Assembly (NCBI GenBank): GCA_050261495.1
Contig: JBLNDI010000038.1
Location: 1-61,268 of the forward strand
From: Bacillota bacterium
GTDB taxonomy: Bacteria; Bacillota; Clostridia; Acetivibrionales; DTU013
Direction: 5' to 3'
Length of the DNA stretch: 61,268 bases
Shown here piece by piece: positions 39,117 to 48,865 of this stretch (its first letter is position 1; each line of letters begins with the position of its first letter). The position numbers and the translations under genes were made by a program. The notes under the pieces are model-generated. The model saw only the letters and a program-made list of their open reading frames with translations, was not told the DNA's origin and did no database searches.

Positions 39117-39260
39117 GCTTACACCTGCAGGGCTCTATTCAAAAACGATCAAAAAACCGTCCTTTTGATTACCCCCGTCCCCTCTCATCCAAATAAGTGA
39201 ATATTTCAAGCCTGACCCCCAAATCTTGCAAACCTTATTGTATATATCCATTTGTTTTTG

Positions 39261-39269
39261 TGGTATTAT
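39261..39269 (+). promoter_or_regulatory. possible extended -10 promoter element (TGgTATTAT)
   Basis: A TG dinucleotide sits one base upstream of TATTAT (39264-39269). No good -35 box is present. This would place a transcription start just before the GC-rich leader. Confidence 0.3.
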
Positions 39270-39413
39270 AGTAAAAGAGCGCTGCCGGTTTGGACAGGCC
39301 GGCGCCCAGGGGATGCCACTGCCTGCGGCGCGGGCTGGCGGGGGCCGGGAGATGCGGCCGGGCTGGAAAAAGCCGGAGAGACCAAGTTGAAGTGAAAGGA
39401 CAGGATAGGCTAA

Positions 39414-40019
39414 ATGGATGCAATAATACTTGCGTCTTCTTCACCCAGGAGAAGAGAGTTGTTGAGCATGACAGGGATACCTTTCGAAGTTCTGCCGGGC
39501 GAAGTGGACGAAGGGAGCGTGGAATTTGACGGGACACCGTCTGAAAAGGCGGAAATGCTTGCCAGGCTGAAGGCATGTACCGTGGCTGAAAAAGTAAAAA
39601 AAGGACTTGTCCTTGGAGCAGACACCATTGTGGTATGCGACGGCAGGGTTTTCGGAAAACCCATGGACGACAATGATGCCCGGAGAATGCTTGAAACCCT
39701 TAGCGGGCGCGAGCACCTGGTCATCACGGGAGTTGCTCTCGTAAACGCGGAAAACCGGGAAATAAGGACGGGGCACGAGATAACAAGGGTAAGATTCTCA
39801 CGGCTGAACAAGCGGGAAATCGAAGCGTACATAGCCACGGGAGAGCATATGGACAAAGCGGGTGCGTATGCGGTTCAGGGGAAGGGCGCTTTTTTTGTTG
39901 AAGGTATTGAAGGGTGTTATTCAAATGTCGTCGGGCTTCCGCTGAAAAAACTGTACAATATGCTGTTTGAATTTGGCGTATCCGTTTGGGATTGGCTGAT
40001 GCAAAAAGAAAAATATTAA
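39414..40019 (+). CDS. maf: Maf-family nucleoside triphosphate pyrophosphatase
   Basis: ILASSSPRRRELL is at the N-terminus. Other matches are GADTIV, GKP and AYAVQG. Confidence 0.9.
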   Translation: MDAIILASSSPRRRELLSMTGIPFEVLPGEVDEGSVEFDGTPSEKAEMLARLKACTVAEKVKKGLVLGADTIVVCDGRVFGKPMDDNDARRMLETLSGREHLVITGVALVNAENREIRTGHEITRVRFSRLNKREIEAYIATGEHMDKAGAYAVQGKGAFFVEGIEGCYSNVVGLPLKKLYNMLFEFGVSVWDWLMQKEKY

Positions 40020-40101
40020 CAATTATAGAAATTAATGTATAATTATGTTATAATGAAAGGTGTGATGTCACAGAATTTTAAGAAATGCGGGGTTGACCAA
40101 A

Positions 40102-40794
40102 ATGGAATACAGACTTAGAATGAAGGATATACCGGCCGATGAGAGGCCGTATGAGAAACTGGAAAAGTATGGTCCAGAGTCGCTATCCAATGCTGAACTG
40201 CTTGCTGTTGTCATAAGAACCGGCAACCAGCAGGAAACTTCGGTATCGCTTGCCCAGAGGCTGCTTTCATCCGGAGGAGGCAACGGTGGAATTGCATTTC
40301 TCCATGATATCTCGGTGGAAGAGCTTAGGAAAATAAAGGGTATTGGAAGGGTGAAGGCTATACAGATAAAGGCGGTGATGGAGCTGTCGAAAAGAGTTTC
40401 GGCTTCATTTGCCCACCGGGTTTCCATCAAATCGCCGGGTGAAGTAAGCGCCCTTCTGATGGAAGAAATGCGGCACCTGAAGAAGGAGATATTTAAAGTA
40501 ATCCTGCTGAATACAAAGAACCACATTATTAAGTTTCTTAATATCTCGGTGGGGAGCCTGAATTCATCGATAGTCCATCCGAGGGAGGTCTTCAGTGAAG
40601 CGGTGAAGTCAGGATGCTCCGGGATGCTCCTGGTGCATAACCACCCGAGCGGCGACCCGGAGCCCAGCATTGAGGATATTGAAACGACGCGGAGACTTGT
40701 TAGCGCAGGAACCATATTGGGAATAAACGTCCTCGACCATGTGATTATCGGGGACGGCAAATACATAAGCTTTAAGGAGCAGGGGCTGATGTAG
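40102..40794 (+). CDS. radC: RadC-family JAMM protein
   Basis: It has ERPYEKL, LSNAELLAVVIRTG and an HhH region. The JAMM motif reads LLVHNHPSGDPEPSIEDI. The ORF is open from the TTG at 40093. Confidence 0.9.
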   Translation: MEYRLRMKDIPADERPYEKLEKYGPESLSNAELLAVVIRTGNQQETSVSLAQRLLSSGGGNGGIAFLHDISVEELRKIKGIGRVKAIQIKAVMELSKRVSASFAHRVSIKSPGEVSALLMEEMRHLKKEIFKVILLNTKNHIIKFLNISVGSLNSSIVHPREVFSEAVKSGCSGMLLVHNHPSGDPEPSIEDIETTRRLVSAGTILGINVLDHVIIGDGKYISFKEQGLM

Positions 40795-40850
40795 CGCGGG
40801 AATAGTCCCGGGCCGGCGCCCTTTAAGAGAAACTTGGGAGGATAAGTCAG

Positions 40851-41873
40851 ATGGGATTTTTTGCAAGGGACATAGGAATTGACCTGGGTACGGCAAATAC
40901 GCTTGTACATGTAAGAGGCAAAGGAATTGTTGTACGAGAGCCTACTGTTGTAGCCATAAATAAAAACACAAAAGCTATCCTGGCTGTCGGAGACGAAGCG
41001 AAAAACATGATAGGCAGGACACCGGGCGATATTATCGCAATAAGGCCGATGAAAGACGGCGTTATAGCGGATTTCGACATTACGCAAAGCATGCTGAAGC
41101 ACTTCATCAGGAAAGCGATGGCCGGCGGTTTTGTTGCGAAGCCAAGGGTAGTCATCTGCGTGCCTTCAGGCGTAACAGAGGTGGAAAAAAGGGCGGTGGA
41201 GGAAGCCACGCTCCAGGCCGGGGCAAAAGAGGCGTACCTGATCGAAGAGCCTATGGCCGCCGCCATTGGGGCAAACCTGGCTGTTGAGGAACCATCCGGC
41301 AGCATGATCGTCGATATAGGAGGCGGCACAAGCGAAGTAGCCGTCATATCGCTGGGAGGCATTGTAACCAGCAAATCGCTGAGGGTAGCGGGAGATGAAT
41401 TTGATGAAGCTATAGTGCACTTTGTCAAGAAGGAGTACAACCTGATGATCGGCGAAAGATCGGCCGAGCAAATCAAGCTGGCCATAGGAAACGCCTATCC
41501 GAAACCTAAGGAAGAATACATGGAGGTGCGCGGCAGGGATCTTATCACCGGTCTGCCCAAGAATGTGACAATAACTTCATCCGAGATAAACGAAGCGCTG
41601 AAGGAGCCTATCAACGCCATTGTGGACGCAATTAAATTCACTCTTGAAAAAACGCCTCCCGAACTGGCTTCGGACATAATGGACAAAGGCATAATGCTCG
41701 CGGGCGGAGGAGCGTTGCTGAGCGGCATGGACAAGCTTATAAAGGAAGAGACGGGTATGCCCGTCATGATTGCGGAAAACCCGCTTGACTGCGTAGCTAT
41801 CGGGGCAGGCAGAGTGATAGAGGAAATCGAATCCTTGAAGAGAGTGCTGATATCACCCAGGAAATTGAAGTAG
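40851..41873 (+). CDS. mreB: rod-shape protein MreB
   Basis: [12 protein letters not shown], the actin-like ATPase motifs [16 protein letters not shown] and [11 protein letters not shown]. Confidence 0.95.
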   Translation: MGFFARDIGIDLGTANTLVHVRGKGIVVREPTVVAINKNTKAILAVGDEAKNMIGRTPGDIIAIRPMKDGVIADFDITQSMLKHFIRKAMAGGFVAKPRVVICVPSGVTEVEKRAVEEATLQAGAKEAYLIEEPMAAAIGANLAVEEPSGSMIVDIGGGTSEVAVISLGGIVTSKSLRVAGDEFDEAIVHFVKKEYNLMIGERSAEQIKLAIGNAYPKPKEEYMEVRGRDLITGLPKNVTITSSEINEALKEPINAIVDAIKFTLEKTPPELASDIMDKGIMLAGGGALLSGMDKLIKEETGMPVMIAENPLDCVAIGAGRVIEEIESLKRVLISPRKLK

Positions 41874-41889
41874 AGAGGAGACATGCCCT

Positions 41890-42747
41890 TTGCGTTTCCT
41901 GAAAAGCAAATGGTTCATAGTGTCTTTAATTACGGTTGTTTTAATTGTTTTAATGGGGGTTTCGGCAAAGGAAAACAGCAAGCTCAATTGGTTGAACAAT
42001 ATAGTCAGCGTGCCGATGAAACCGGTCCAGGGTTTTTTAACATCGCTTGGACGCAAGGTTGAAGACATGTTGACTTTTTTTAAAAATATTGAAGCCGTAA
42101 GAAAAGAAAACGATATGCTCAAGGCTGAAATAGCCGAATTGAAAAGACAGAACAGGGAACTGCAGGCGCTTGAGAGCAAGAACAAAGAATTGAAGCAGGC
42201 GCTGAACCTGAAGGAGCAGTTCAGCGGCTATACAATCGTGGGCGCGAATATTATAGCGGTTGACCCTGGCAATTGGTTCAACGTGTTCAAAATCGATATC
42301 GGCACAAAGGAAGGCATATATGAAGGCTTTCCCGTAGTCACAAGCTCGAAGGGACTGGTCGGCCGCGTCATATCTTCCGACACCTCTACAGCCAACGTGC
42401 AAACAATCATCGACGAAGAGAGCGCCGTCTCCGGGTGGATTGCCAAGGCGGGAGGAGGGCATGCCATAGTCAGGGGAGACATGCTGCTGAAAGAAAAGGG
42501 CTTGTGCAGGATGGACTACATACCGCTGGAGGTGGATGTCGAAGTAGGCGACGTTATCGAGACGTCCGGGCTGGGCGGCCTGTATCCCAAGGGGATTGTC
42601 ATAGGTGAAGTGATTGAAGTAAGGAAAACCAACAGCGAATTGAACCGTTATGCGATAATAAAACCTGAGGCTGATTTTAAAAAGCTGGAAGAAGTTTTTG
42701 TATTAAAGAGCGGCGAATACAAAGGAACGGGCAGTGTGGATAAATGA
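41890..42747 (+). CDS. mreC: rod-shape protein MreC
   Basis: It has a TTG start, an N-terminal TM helix and a coiled coil (ENDMLKAEIAELKRQNRELQ). The beta-barrel region reads PVVTSSKGLVGRV and GGLYPKGIVIGEV. Confidence 0.85.
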   Translation: MRFLKSKWFIVSLITVVLIVLMGVSAKENSKLNWLNNIVSVPMKPVQGFLTSLGRKVEDMLTFFKNIEAVRKENDMLKAEIAELKRQNRELQALESKNKELKQALNLKEQFSGYTIVGANIIAVDPGNWFNVFKIDIGTKEGIYEGFPVVTSSKGLVGRVISSDTSTANVQTIIDEESAVSGWIAKAGGGHAIVRGDMLLKEKGLCRMDYIPLEVDVEVGDVIETSGLGGLYPKGIVIGEVIEVRKTNSELNRYAIIKPEADFKKLEEVFVLKSGEYKGTGSVDK

Positions 42748-43259
42748 AAAAAAGGATACTATTTTATTTTTTCTTTATATTTCTGTTTTTGCTGCTTCAG
42801 ACCACATTGCTTCAGTATGCCGAAATATACGGAGTTAAGCCCAATATCATAATTGTGTTCATTGTAGTGACGGCTCTCCTGAGAGGAGGAGCCGAGGGAG
42901 GCGCCGTGGGCTTTTTTGCGGGGCTGGCCCTTGACATGATGTTCGGCGGCGTTTTGGGATTTCACGCGTTGCTTGGATTATACCTCGGTATTGCAGCCGG
43001 ATCGGTAAATAAAAACCTTTTTAGGGAAAACATGCTGGTGGTCATATTTTTCACCTTTGTATTCTCCATTGCCTATGAATCATTGGTTTTTATTATAAAC
43101 AACATCATGTCGGGCGATATTAAATTATTATATGCGTTTACAAGTGTGATACTGCCGGAGGCAGTGTATAACAGCGTAATGGTTGCGTTCATTCTGCCTC
43201 TTCTTATCAGGGCGGACAGGTGGTTCAAAGGCTCCGTTAAGCAAGCGAGGAAGTATTGA
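42744..43259 (+). CDS. mreD: rod-shape protein MreD
   Basis: 171-aa polytopic membrane ORF. It overlaps the mreC stop and sits in the canonical position. Confidence 0.75.
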   Translation: MKKRILFYFFFIFLFLLLQTTLLQYAEIYGVKPNIIIVFIVVTALLRGGAEGGAVGFFAGLALDMMFGGVLGFHALLGLYLGIAAGSVNKNLFRENMLVVIFFTFVFSIAYESLVFIINNIMSGDIKLLYAFTSVILPEAVYNSVMVAFILPLLIRADRWFKGSVKQARKY

Positions 43260-43290
43260 TTCGAAGAGATGCGGGAGGGAAATATTTTAA

Positions 43291-45402
43291 TTGGAAAAAA
43301 AGCTTAACGCCAGGTATTTCATACTAGCACTGGGATTCATGGTTTTCGGATTTATAATAGTTTTCCGTCTTTTCAACCTGCAGGTGGTGGAAGGCGAAAA
43401 GTATTACGCGGAATCTTTGAAGCGCGTTTTGAAGGAAAGCGAAACGAAGGCCCCCAGGGGTAAGATATTCGACAGGAACGGCGTGCCCATTGCCATAAAC
43501 AGGCAGGGATTTGCGCTATACCTTGTTAAGACCAATATCACCACGTCCGAACTAAACGAGATGCTGTTGAAGCTTTCCCGCATACTGAAAAAAAATGGCG
43601 ACAACCATGTAAACAGCCTGTCCAGGTACCTGACTTTCAACCCTTTGACTTTTAACGGCAGGACGGACAAGGAAATAAGAGAATGGCAGCGGAATTCGAA
43701 CAGGCTGGGAATGAAAGAAGAAGACGTGAAATCAACTCCCGGAGAATTGTTTCGTTACCTCAGGGATGAAAAATTTAAAATCGACAAGTCATATTCGGAT
43801 GAAGAAGCATACCAGGTGATGGTTTTCAGGTATGAAATCCTGGTAAACAACTGGAACTTCTCCACCGGCGGGACAGTAGCGCTTGCGAAGGATGTCAGCA
43901 TGGAAACAATATCGGAAATCGAGGAGAGGAATCACGAGTTTCCCGGGGTGATCACGCTGATCGAGCCTGTCAGGGAGTACGTGGATGCTTACGAGGAGGC
44001 GCATGTGCTCGGTTATATCAGGTCAATATCGCAAAGCCAGTATGACAGCCTGAAGGATGAGGGCTATGACAACGACGACCTGGTCGGCCAGACGGGCGTG
44101 GAACTGGTAGCCGAGAGATATCTGAGAGGTAAAAACGGCAGAATAAGCATCGAGGTTGACGCAAACGGCAGGCTTACGCGCGTAATCGAAACCTTGCAGG
44201 CGGTACCCGGAAACGACGTTATCCTGACCATTGACACCAACCTGCAAAGGGTTGCCATGGAATCGCTGGCAAGAAACATAGAGATCATCAGGAATAAAAA
44301 AGAAGACAATAATTACAATGATGCGAACGCGGGAGCCGCCGTAGCCCTTAATGTAAATACCGGGGAAGTGCTGGTAATGGCGAGCTGTCCGAGTTTCGAC
44401 CCGCAGATTTACCTGGCCGGGCCGGAAGACAGCGCGGCACGGATGGCTATAGACGCATTGAACAGCGACCCTGACAAGGCCCAGCTAAACAGGGCAATAC
44501 AGGGAGCTTACGCGCCCGGCTCGACATTTAAGCCCCTGGTGGCCATCGCAGGGCTGGAAAAAGGAGTTATAACCCCCACGAACAGCAACATTTATGATCC
44601 GGGACAGATCAATATCGGCGGAAGGGACCTGTTTTGCTTGGAAAAGCCGGTGTCAGGCCACGGAACCCTTAATTTGAAAAGGGCGCTTGAGACATCCTGC
44701 AACGTATATTTTTACGAACTGGGGTACAGGACCGGGATAGAAACGCTGAATATCTGGGCGGACCACTTCGGCCTCGGAAAACTGACGGGAATCGATCTCC
44801 CCAGCGAGAGAGCCGGCATGATGTCCTCGATTGAACTGAAAAAGAAGCTGAGGAACGATATATGGAGGCCCGCGGATACGGCGCAGGTTTCGATAGGCCA
44901 GTTTGACAACGCGTTTACGCCGCTGCAGATGGCCAACTACATTGCGACAATAGCCAATGGGGGAAAGAGGTACAGGCCTTTTGTTATAAAAGAAGTTGTG
45001 CGTTACGATGGATCAAGGGTCAATGTGACCGAACCGACATATTATAAAGTGCCCGTCAAGCAATCGACAATCGAGGCGGTAAAACAGGGAATGGTAGCCG
45101 TTACGACGTCGATAGACGGTACCGCTTACAAATCATTTATCGGGCTTCCGTTCGAGGTGGCGGGGAAAACCGGTACCGCGCAGACCGCGAGAGGAATCGA
45201 GCGCTCCCCGAACGCGCTGTTCGTATGCTATGCCCCGGCCGACAATCCTGAAATAGCCGTGGCGGTAGTTGTGGAAAGAGGCGCCTGGGGCTCAAACGTA
45301 GCGCCGATTGCCAGGGATATTATCGATGAATATTTCAGGTTGAAGAAGGCGGATTCGGGAAGCTCCGAACTAAAGCCGGAAGGACCGTTGTTCAACCAAT
45401 AA
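43291..45402 (+). CDS. mrdA: penicillin-binding protein 2 (class B transpeptidase)
   Basis: It has an N-terminal TM helix and a PBP dimerisation domain. The transpeptidase motifs are STFKP (S-x-x-K) and KTGTAQ (K-T-G). Confidence 0.9.
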   Translation: MEKKLNARYFILALGFMVFGFIIVFRLFNLQVVEGEKYYAESLKRVLKESETKAPRGKIFDRNGVPIAINRQGFALYLVKTNITTSELNEMLLKLSRILKKNGDNHVNSLSRYLTFNPLTFNGRTDKEIREWQRNSNRLGMKEEDVKSTPGELFRYLRDEKFKIDKSYSDEEAYQVMVFRYEILVNNWNFSTGGTVALAKDVSMETISEIEERNHEFPGVITLIEPVREYVDAYEEAHVLGYIRSISQSQYDSLKDEGYDNDDLVGQTGVELVAERYLRGKNGRISIEVDANGRLTRVIETLQAVPGNDVILTIDTNLQRVAMESLARNIEIIRNKKEDNNYNDANAGAAVALNVNTGEVLVMASCPSFDPQIYLAGPEDSAARMAIDALNSDPDKAQLNRAIQGAYAPGSTFKPLVAIAGLEKGVITPTNSNIYDPGQINIGGRDLFCLEKPVSGHGTLNLKRALETSCNVYFYELGYRTGIETLNIWADHFGLGKLTGIDLPSERAGMMSSIELKKKLRNDIWRPADTAQVSIGQFDNAFTPLQMANYIATIANGGKRYRPFVIKEVVRYDGSRVNVTEPTYYKVPVKQSTIEAVKQGMVAVTTSIDGTAYKSFIGLPFEVAGKTGTAQTARGIERSPNALFVCYAPADNPEIAVAVVVERGAWGSNVAPIARDIIDEYFRLKKADSGSSELKPEGPLFNQ

Positions 45403-45582
45403 GATGGTTCTCACGGTTTATCCTCTTGGTTTCGGTTGAACCGGGAGAACCGTCCCCCTGGTTCATGTGAGGCGTGTGACATGGGAGAGAGGTCTCATTT
45501 CAAAATTTTAGCTTGTCTAATTGCCTAAATAATGTAATAATAATTTATGTAAAATCCGACTTTCGTACTGGAGGTCAGGCAC

Positions 45583-46266
45583 ATGGAAGAAAGCACCGTT
45601 AGTTTCAAGGCAACGCTCAACGGCCTGGTACTTATTATGCGTGAAGAGGATGATTTTGACACTGTTTATGACCAGGTTGCAAAAAAGCTTGAGACTTCCG
45701 GCAGGTTTTTCAAGGGCGCGAGCCTTTCGATCAAGTACCGCGGGAAAAAGCTTGAACCCTGGCAGGAACAGAAGATTTCCGCATTGATTTCCGAAAAGGC
45801 GGACGCGGTGATTGAAAGTTTTGAAGAGGATACATCGGCGCCTGTGATTGAGAAGGAAGAGACTTCCAAGCATTGGGAAAAGCCTAAAATAAAGTTAGTG
45901 TATTTCAATGGGCTTGAGGAGGGCATGACAAAATTTCATAGGGGAACCGTCAGATCAGGCCAGCTTGTCAATTTTGACGGAAACCTCGTGATTATCGGCG
46001 ATGTCAACCCGGGCGGAGAGATAGTCGCCACGGGCAACGTGGTTGTTATGGGGTCGCTCCGCGGCATGGTCCACGCGGGCGCCGACGGAAACAGGGATGC
46101 GATAGTTGCAGCGCTGAGCCTGCAGCCTACACAGCTCCGCATTGCGGACGTCATATCGAGACCGCCGGACGCGGCGAACGAAAAAGAAGCCAGGCAGAGC
46201 CTGGTACCCGAAATGGCTTTCGTGAAGGACGGCCTGGTATATATCGAAAGATTGCTGGAGAAATAA
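45583..46266 (+). CDS. minC: septum site-determining protein MinC
   Basis: 227-aa ORF. The C-terminal beta-helix repeats read GDVNPGGEIVATGNVVVMGSLRGMVHAG. It lies upstream of minD. Confidence 0.9.
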   Translation: MEESTVSFKATLNGLVLIMREEDDFDTVYDQVAKKLETSGRFFKGASLSIKYRGKKLEPWQEQKISALISEKADAVIESFEEDTSAPVIEKEETSKHWEKPKIKLVYFNGLEEGMTKFHRGTVRSGQLVNFDGNLVIIGDVNPGGEIVATGNVVVMGSLRGMVHAGADGNRDAIVAALSLQPTQLRIADVISRPPDAANEKEARQSLVPEMAFVKDGLVYIERLLEK

Positions 46267-46334
46267 TATGCCGTGCATAAAAACACATATTCTACAAAAA
46301 GCCTGCTTGCAAAGGCACTATAGGAGGTATACGA

Positions 46335-47135
46335 ATGAGTGAAGTCATTGTAATAACATCTGGAAAAGGCGGCGTCGGGAAGACCACGACAACGGCCAAT
46401 ATCGGCACAGGACTCGCACTTGCCGGGCAGAAAGTTGTTCTTGTGGATACTGATATCGGCCTTAGAAACCTTGATGTAGTTATGGGACTGGAAAACAGGA
46501 TTGTCTACGATTTGGTAGATGTTGTCGAGGGTTTTTGCCGCCTGAAGCAGGCACTTATAAAGGATAAGCGTTATGACGGGCTTTTCCTGCTGCCGGCTGC
46601 CCAGACAAGGGACAAGACGGCTGTGAACCCGCAGCAGATGATGAAATTGTGCCAGGAGCTTAAAGAAGAATTCGATTATGTGCTGATAGATTGTCCAGCC
46701 GGTATAGAGCAGGGTTTTAAAAATGCCATAGCCGGTGCGGACAAGGCAATAGTTGTAACGACTCCCGAAGTTTCCGCGGTAAGAGACGCGGACAGGATCA
46801 TAGGCCTTCTGGAGGCGAATGAGATCAGGAATCCAAAGCTTATTATCAACAGGTTGCGTTTCGATATGGTCAGGCGCGGAGACATGATGTCGATAGATGA
46901 TATCATCGATATATTGGCAATAGGTCTTATCGGCGTCGTGCCCGATGATGAGAAAATCGTCGTATCGTCCAACAGGGGCGAGCCGGCAATAAGCGATGAA
47001 AAATCCATAGCGGGGCGCGCATACCGAAATATTGTCAGAAGGATAAAGGGCGAGGATGTTCCGTTCTTATCTTTTGACGAAGACCAGGGATTTATGGTGA
47101 AGTTAAAAAAATTATTCGGCCTGAAGGCGAACTGA
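46335..47135 (+). CDS. minD: septum site-determining ATPase MinD
   Basis: It has the deviant Walker A motif SGKGGVGKTT and a C-terminal amphipathic helix (KLKKLFGLK). Confidence 0.95.
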   Translation: MSEVIVITSGKGGVGKTTTTANIGTGLALAGQKVVLVDTDIGLRNLDVVMGLENRIVYDLVDVVEGFCRLKQALIKDKRYDGLFLLPAAQTRDKTAVNPQQMMKLCQELKEEFDYVLIDCPAGIEQGFKNAIAGADKAIVVTTPEVSAVRDADRIIGLLEANEIRNPKLIINRLRFDMVRRGDMMSIDDIIDILAIGLIGVVPDDEKIVVSSNRGEPAISDEKSIAGRAYRNIVRRIKGEDVPFLSFDEDQGFMVKLKKLFGLKAN

Positions 47136-47150
47136 AAGGGAGGAAAATAA

Positions 47151-47435
47151 ATGTTGCTGGACTTAAGCAAAATATTTGGCAGGCAAAAAAACTCCAAGGA
47201 TGTTGCCAAGGAAAGACTGAAACTGGTACTTATACATGATCGCGCAAATGTTTCGCCGCAATTTCTCGAAATGCTCAAAAGCGAAATCATCAAGGTTATT
47301 CAGAACTACATGGATATTGATGAAAACGCTTTAAATATTCAGCTTACCAAGACAAAAAGCGATGATGGAAAGAGTATAGTACCTGCGCTTTATGCAAACA
47401 TACCAATAAGAAACATCAGGAGCAGCGGCAGGTAA
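47151..47435 (+). CDS. minE: cell division topological specificity factor MinE
   Basis: 94-aa ORF immediately after minD, with AKERLKLVLIHDR. Confidence 0.88.
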   Translation: MLLDLSKIFGRQKNSKDVAKERLKLVLIHDRANVSPQFLEMLKSEIIKVIQNYMDIDENALNIQLTKTKSDDGKSIVPALYANIPIRNIRSSGR

Positions 47436-47466
47436 ATCCTGCGTGGGAAAAGGTAGTTCCGGTATT

Positions 47467-47859
47467 ATGAATATAGCACTTATAGCGCACGATAATAAAA
47501 AAGGATTAATGATTGACTTATGCATTGCTTATAAATCCATCCTGGAAAAGCATACCCTCTTTGCCACGGGCGTTACTGCATCGGCTATCACTGAAGGAAC
47601 GGGTTTGAAGGTGTACCAGTTTTCGCCCGGAATGCTGGGCGGCACGCAGCAGGTTGCAGCCAGGGCGTCCCTCAACGAGCTTGACATGGTGATTTATCTC
47701 AGGGAACCTTTGAGTCCGCGCGAATATGAGACCGATATCAACACGCTGCTCAGGTATTGCGACATAAACAACATACCCTTCGCTACAAATATCGCTACCG
47801 CCGAGGTCCTTATAAAAGGTCTCGAGAGGGGCGATCTGCTCTGGCGTGAACATACATAA
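47467..47859 (+). CDS. mgsA: methylglyoxal synthase
   Basis: NIALIAHDNKK, GGTQQVAA and the ATN...TAE pattern. The ORF is open from the GTG at 47443. Confidence 0.88.
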   Translation: MNIALIAHDNKKGLMIDLCIAYKSILEKHTLFATGVTASAITEGTGLKVYQFSPGMLGGTQQVAARASLNELDMVIYLREPLSPREYETDINTLLRYCDINNIPFATNIATAEVLIKGLERGDLLWREHT

Positions 47860-47920
47860 AAAAGTTATCCCAAAAATATAATTTAACAAGGGTTTTTATG
47901 ATCCATGATGCTTACGGGAG

Positions 47921-48865
47921 ATGAGGAGTATGGATAATGCCATGGTACGGTACAGGTATGCGTCAAAGCGGCCGTTTTTGCCCCGAAGGCGCAAAAAGGC
48001 TCCCCAACAGGGCAACAGGCTTCAGAGGCTGATCATGTTCCAATCCATGGCTTGCATCATACTGCTGCTTATCGTAGTGGCCGCCAGGAGTGTCAATATT
48101 GCCGCGGCTAATTTTGTAACCAGCCAGGTGGAATATATTCTCCGGCATGATATTGAACTTAAAAGCATATTATCGAGCACGGAAAACTTTTTAGCCGGTA
48201 TCCGCAGCAAGATTGACCCGGACCGGGCTGCTGGCGGATTGACCGGGCCGGACGGCGTCCATGACCCGGATGGAGCCGATACAACAGCGCCGAAGTTGAT
48301 ATCGGCATCGGCGTCACAATCAGCATCGGCATCAGAGCCTGGTATGACCCCGGTTTCGGACAGGAACGACGCCAGAAATGTCAATGCGTCCTTTGAATAT
48401 GACGAAGCCGGCGCATTTCCTGAAAAGTCGGTTTTATCAGCAAACAGCGAAAACGGTGATGAATGGATAACGGATATGATCGAGCCCGTGGAGGGAACGC
48501 TTGCAACCCCGTTTGGGGAGGTTTTTGACGCCGCCCGGGGGAACGTAAAAATGCATGCGGGAATAGATATTGATACCAAGCCGGGCAGCGATGTAAAAGC
48601 GGTACTGGACGGTGAAATCACCAGGACGGGATTGTCGCCGGAATACGGCGGCTACGTGGAAATACAGCATTACAACGGGCTGCGCACGGTTTATGCCAAT
48701 TGCGGTGAAATCGTTGCAGATGAAGGGACCACGGTAAAAAGGGGAGATACGATAGCCCGCACGTACGACGGCGGAATTTTAACAGCCAGCCACCTGCATT
48801 TTGAGATCTGGGACGGCGAATATGCCATTGATCCTCTTGAATACATAAGTGTGCCTGCGAGGTGA
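47921..48865 (+). CDS. membrane-anchored M23/LytM-domain protein, SpoIVFA-like by position
   Basis: It has a basic N-terminus, one TM helix (MACIILLLIVVAA) and a C-terminal LytM domain (HAGIDI, HLHFEI). It precedes and overlaps an M50 protease gene, as spoIVFA does in Bacillus. Confidence 0.68.
   Translation: MRSMDNAMVRYRYASKRPFLPRRRKKAPQQGNRLQRLIMFQSMACIILLLIVVAARSVNIAAANFVTSQVEYILRHDIELKSILSSTENFLAGIRSKIDPDRAAGGLTGPDGVHDPDGADTTAPKLISASASQSASASEPGMTPVSDRNDARNVNASFEYDEAGAFPEKSVLSANSENGDEWITDMIEPVEGTLATPFGEVFDAARGNVKMHAGIDIDTKPGSDVKAVLDGEITRTGLSPEYGGYVEIQHYNGLRTVYANCGEIVADEGTTVKRGDTIARTYDGGILTASHLHFEIWDGEYAIDPLEYISVPAR

Noticed and set aside
39278-39383. Assignment of the GC-rich maf leader to the cobalamin or ykkC/guanidine riboswitch classes
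   Set aside because: Only short strings match (GCCACUG, GCCGGAGAGACC, GGAAAAAGCCGGAGAG). The other obligatory conserved blocks are missing: GGGAA and GGUG..AAUCC for cobalamin, CUAGGGUUCCG and GGUCCGAGAG for ykkC. The downstream genes do not fit either regulon. It is kept only as an unclassified candidate.
39290-39529. 79-aa plus-strand ORF and the 113-aa minus-strand ORF at 39235-39576
   Set aside because: Their Arg/Gly/Pro-rich translations are produced by the GC-rich leader. The plus-strand ORF has a non-ATG start and overlaps maf out of frame.
40068-41102. 344-aa minus-strand ORF
   Set aside because: It is antisense to the clearly recognisable radC and mreB genes. Its translation is low-complexity (Ser/Pro/Leu-rich) with no motifs.
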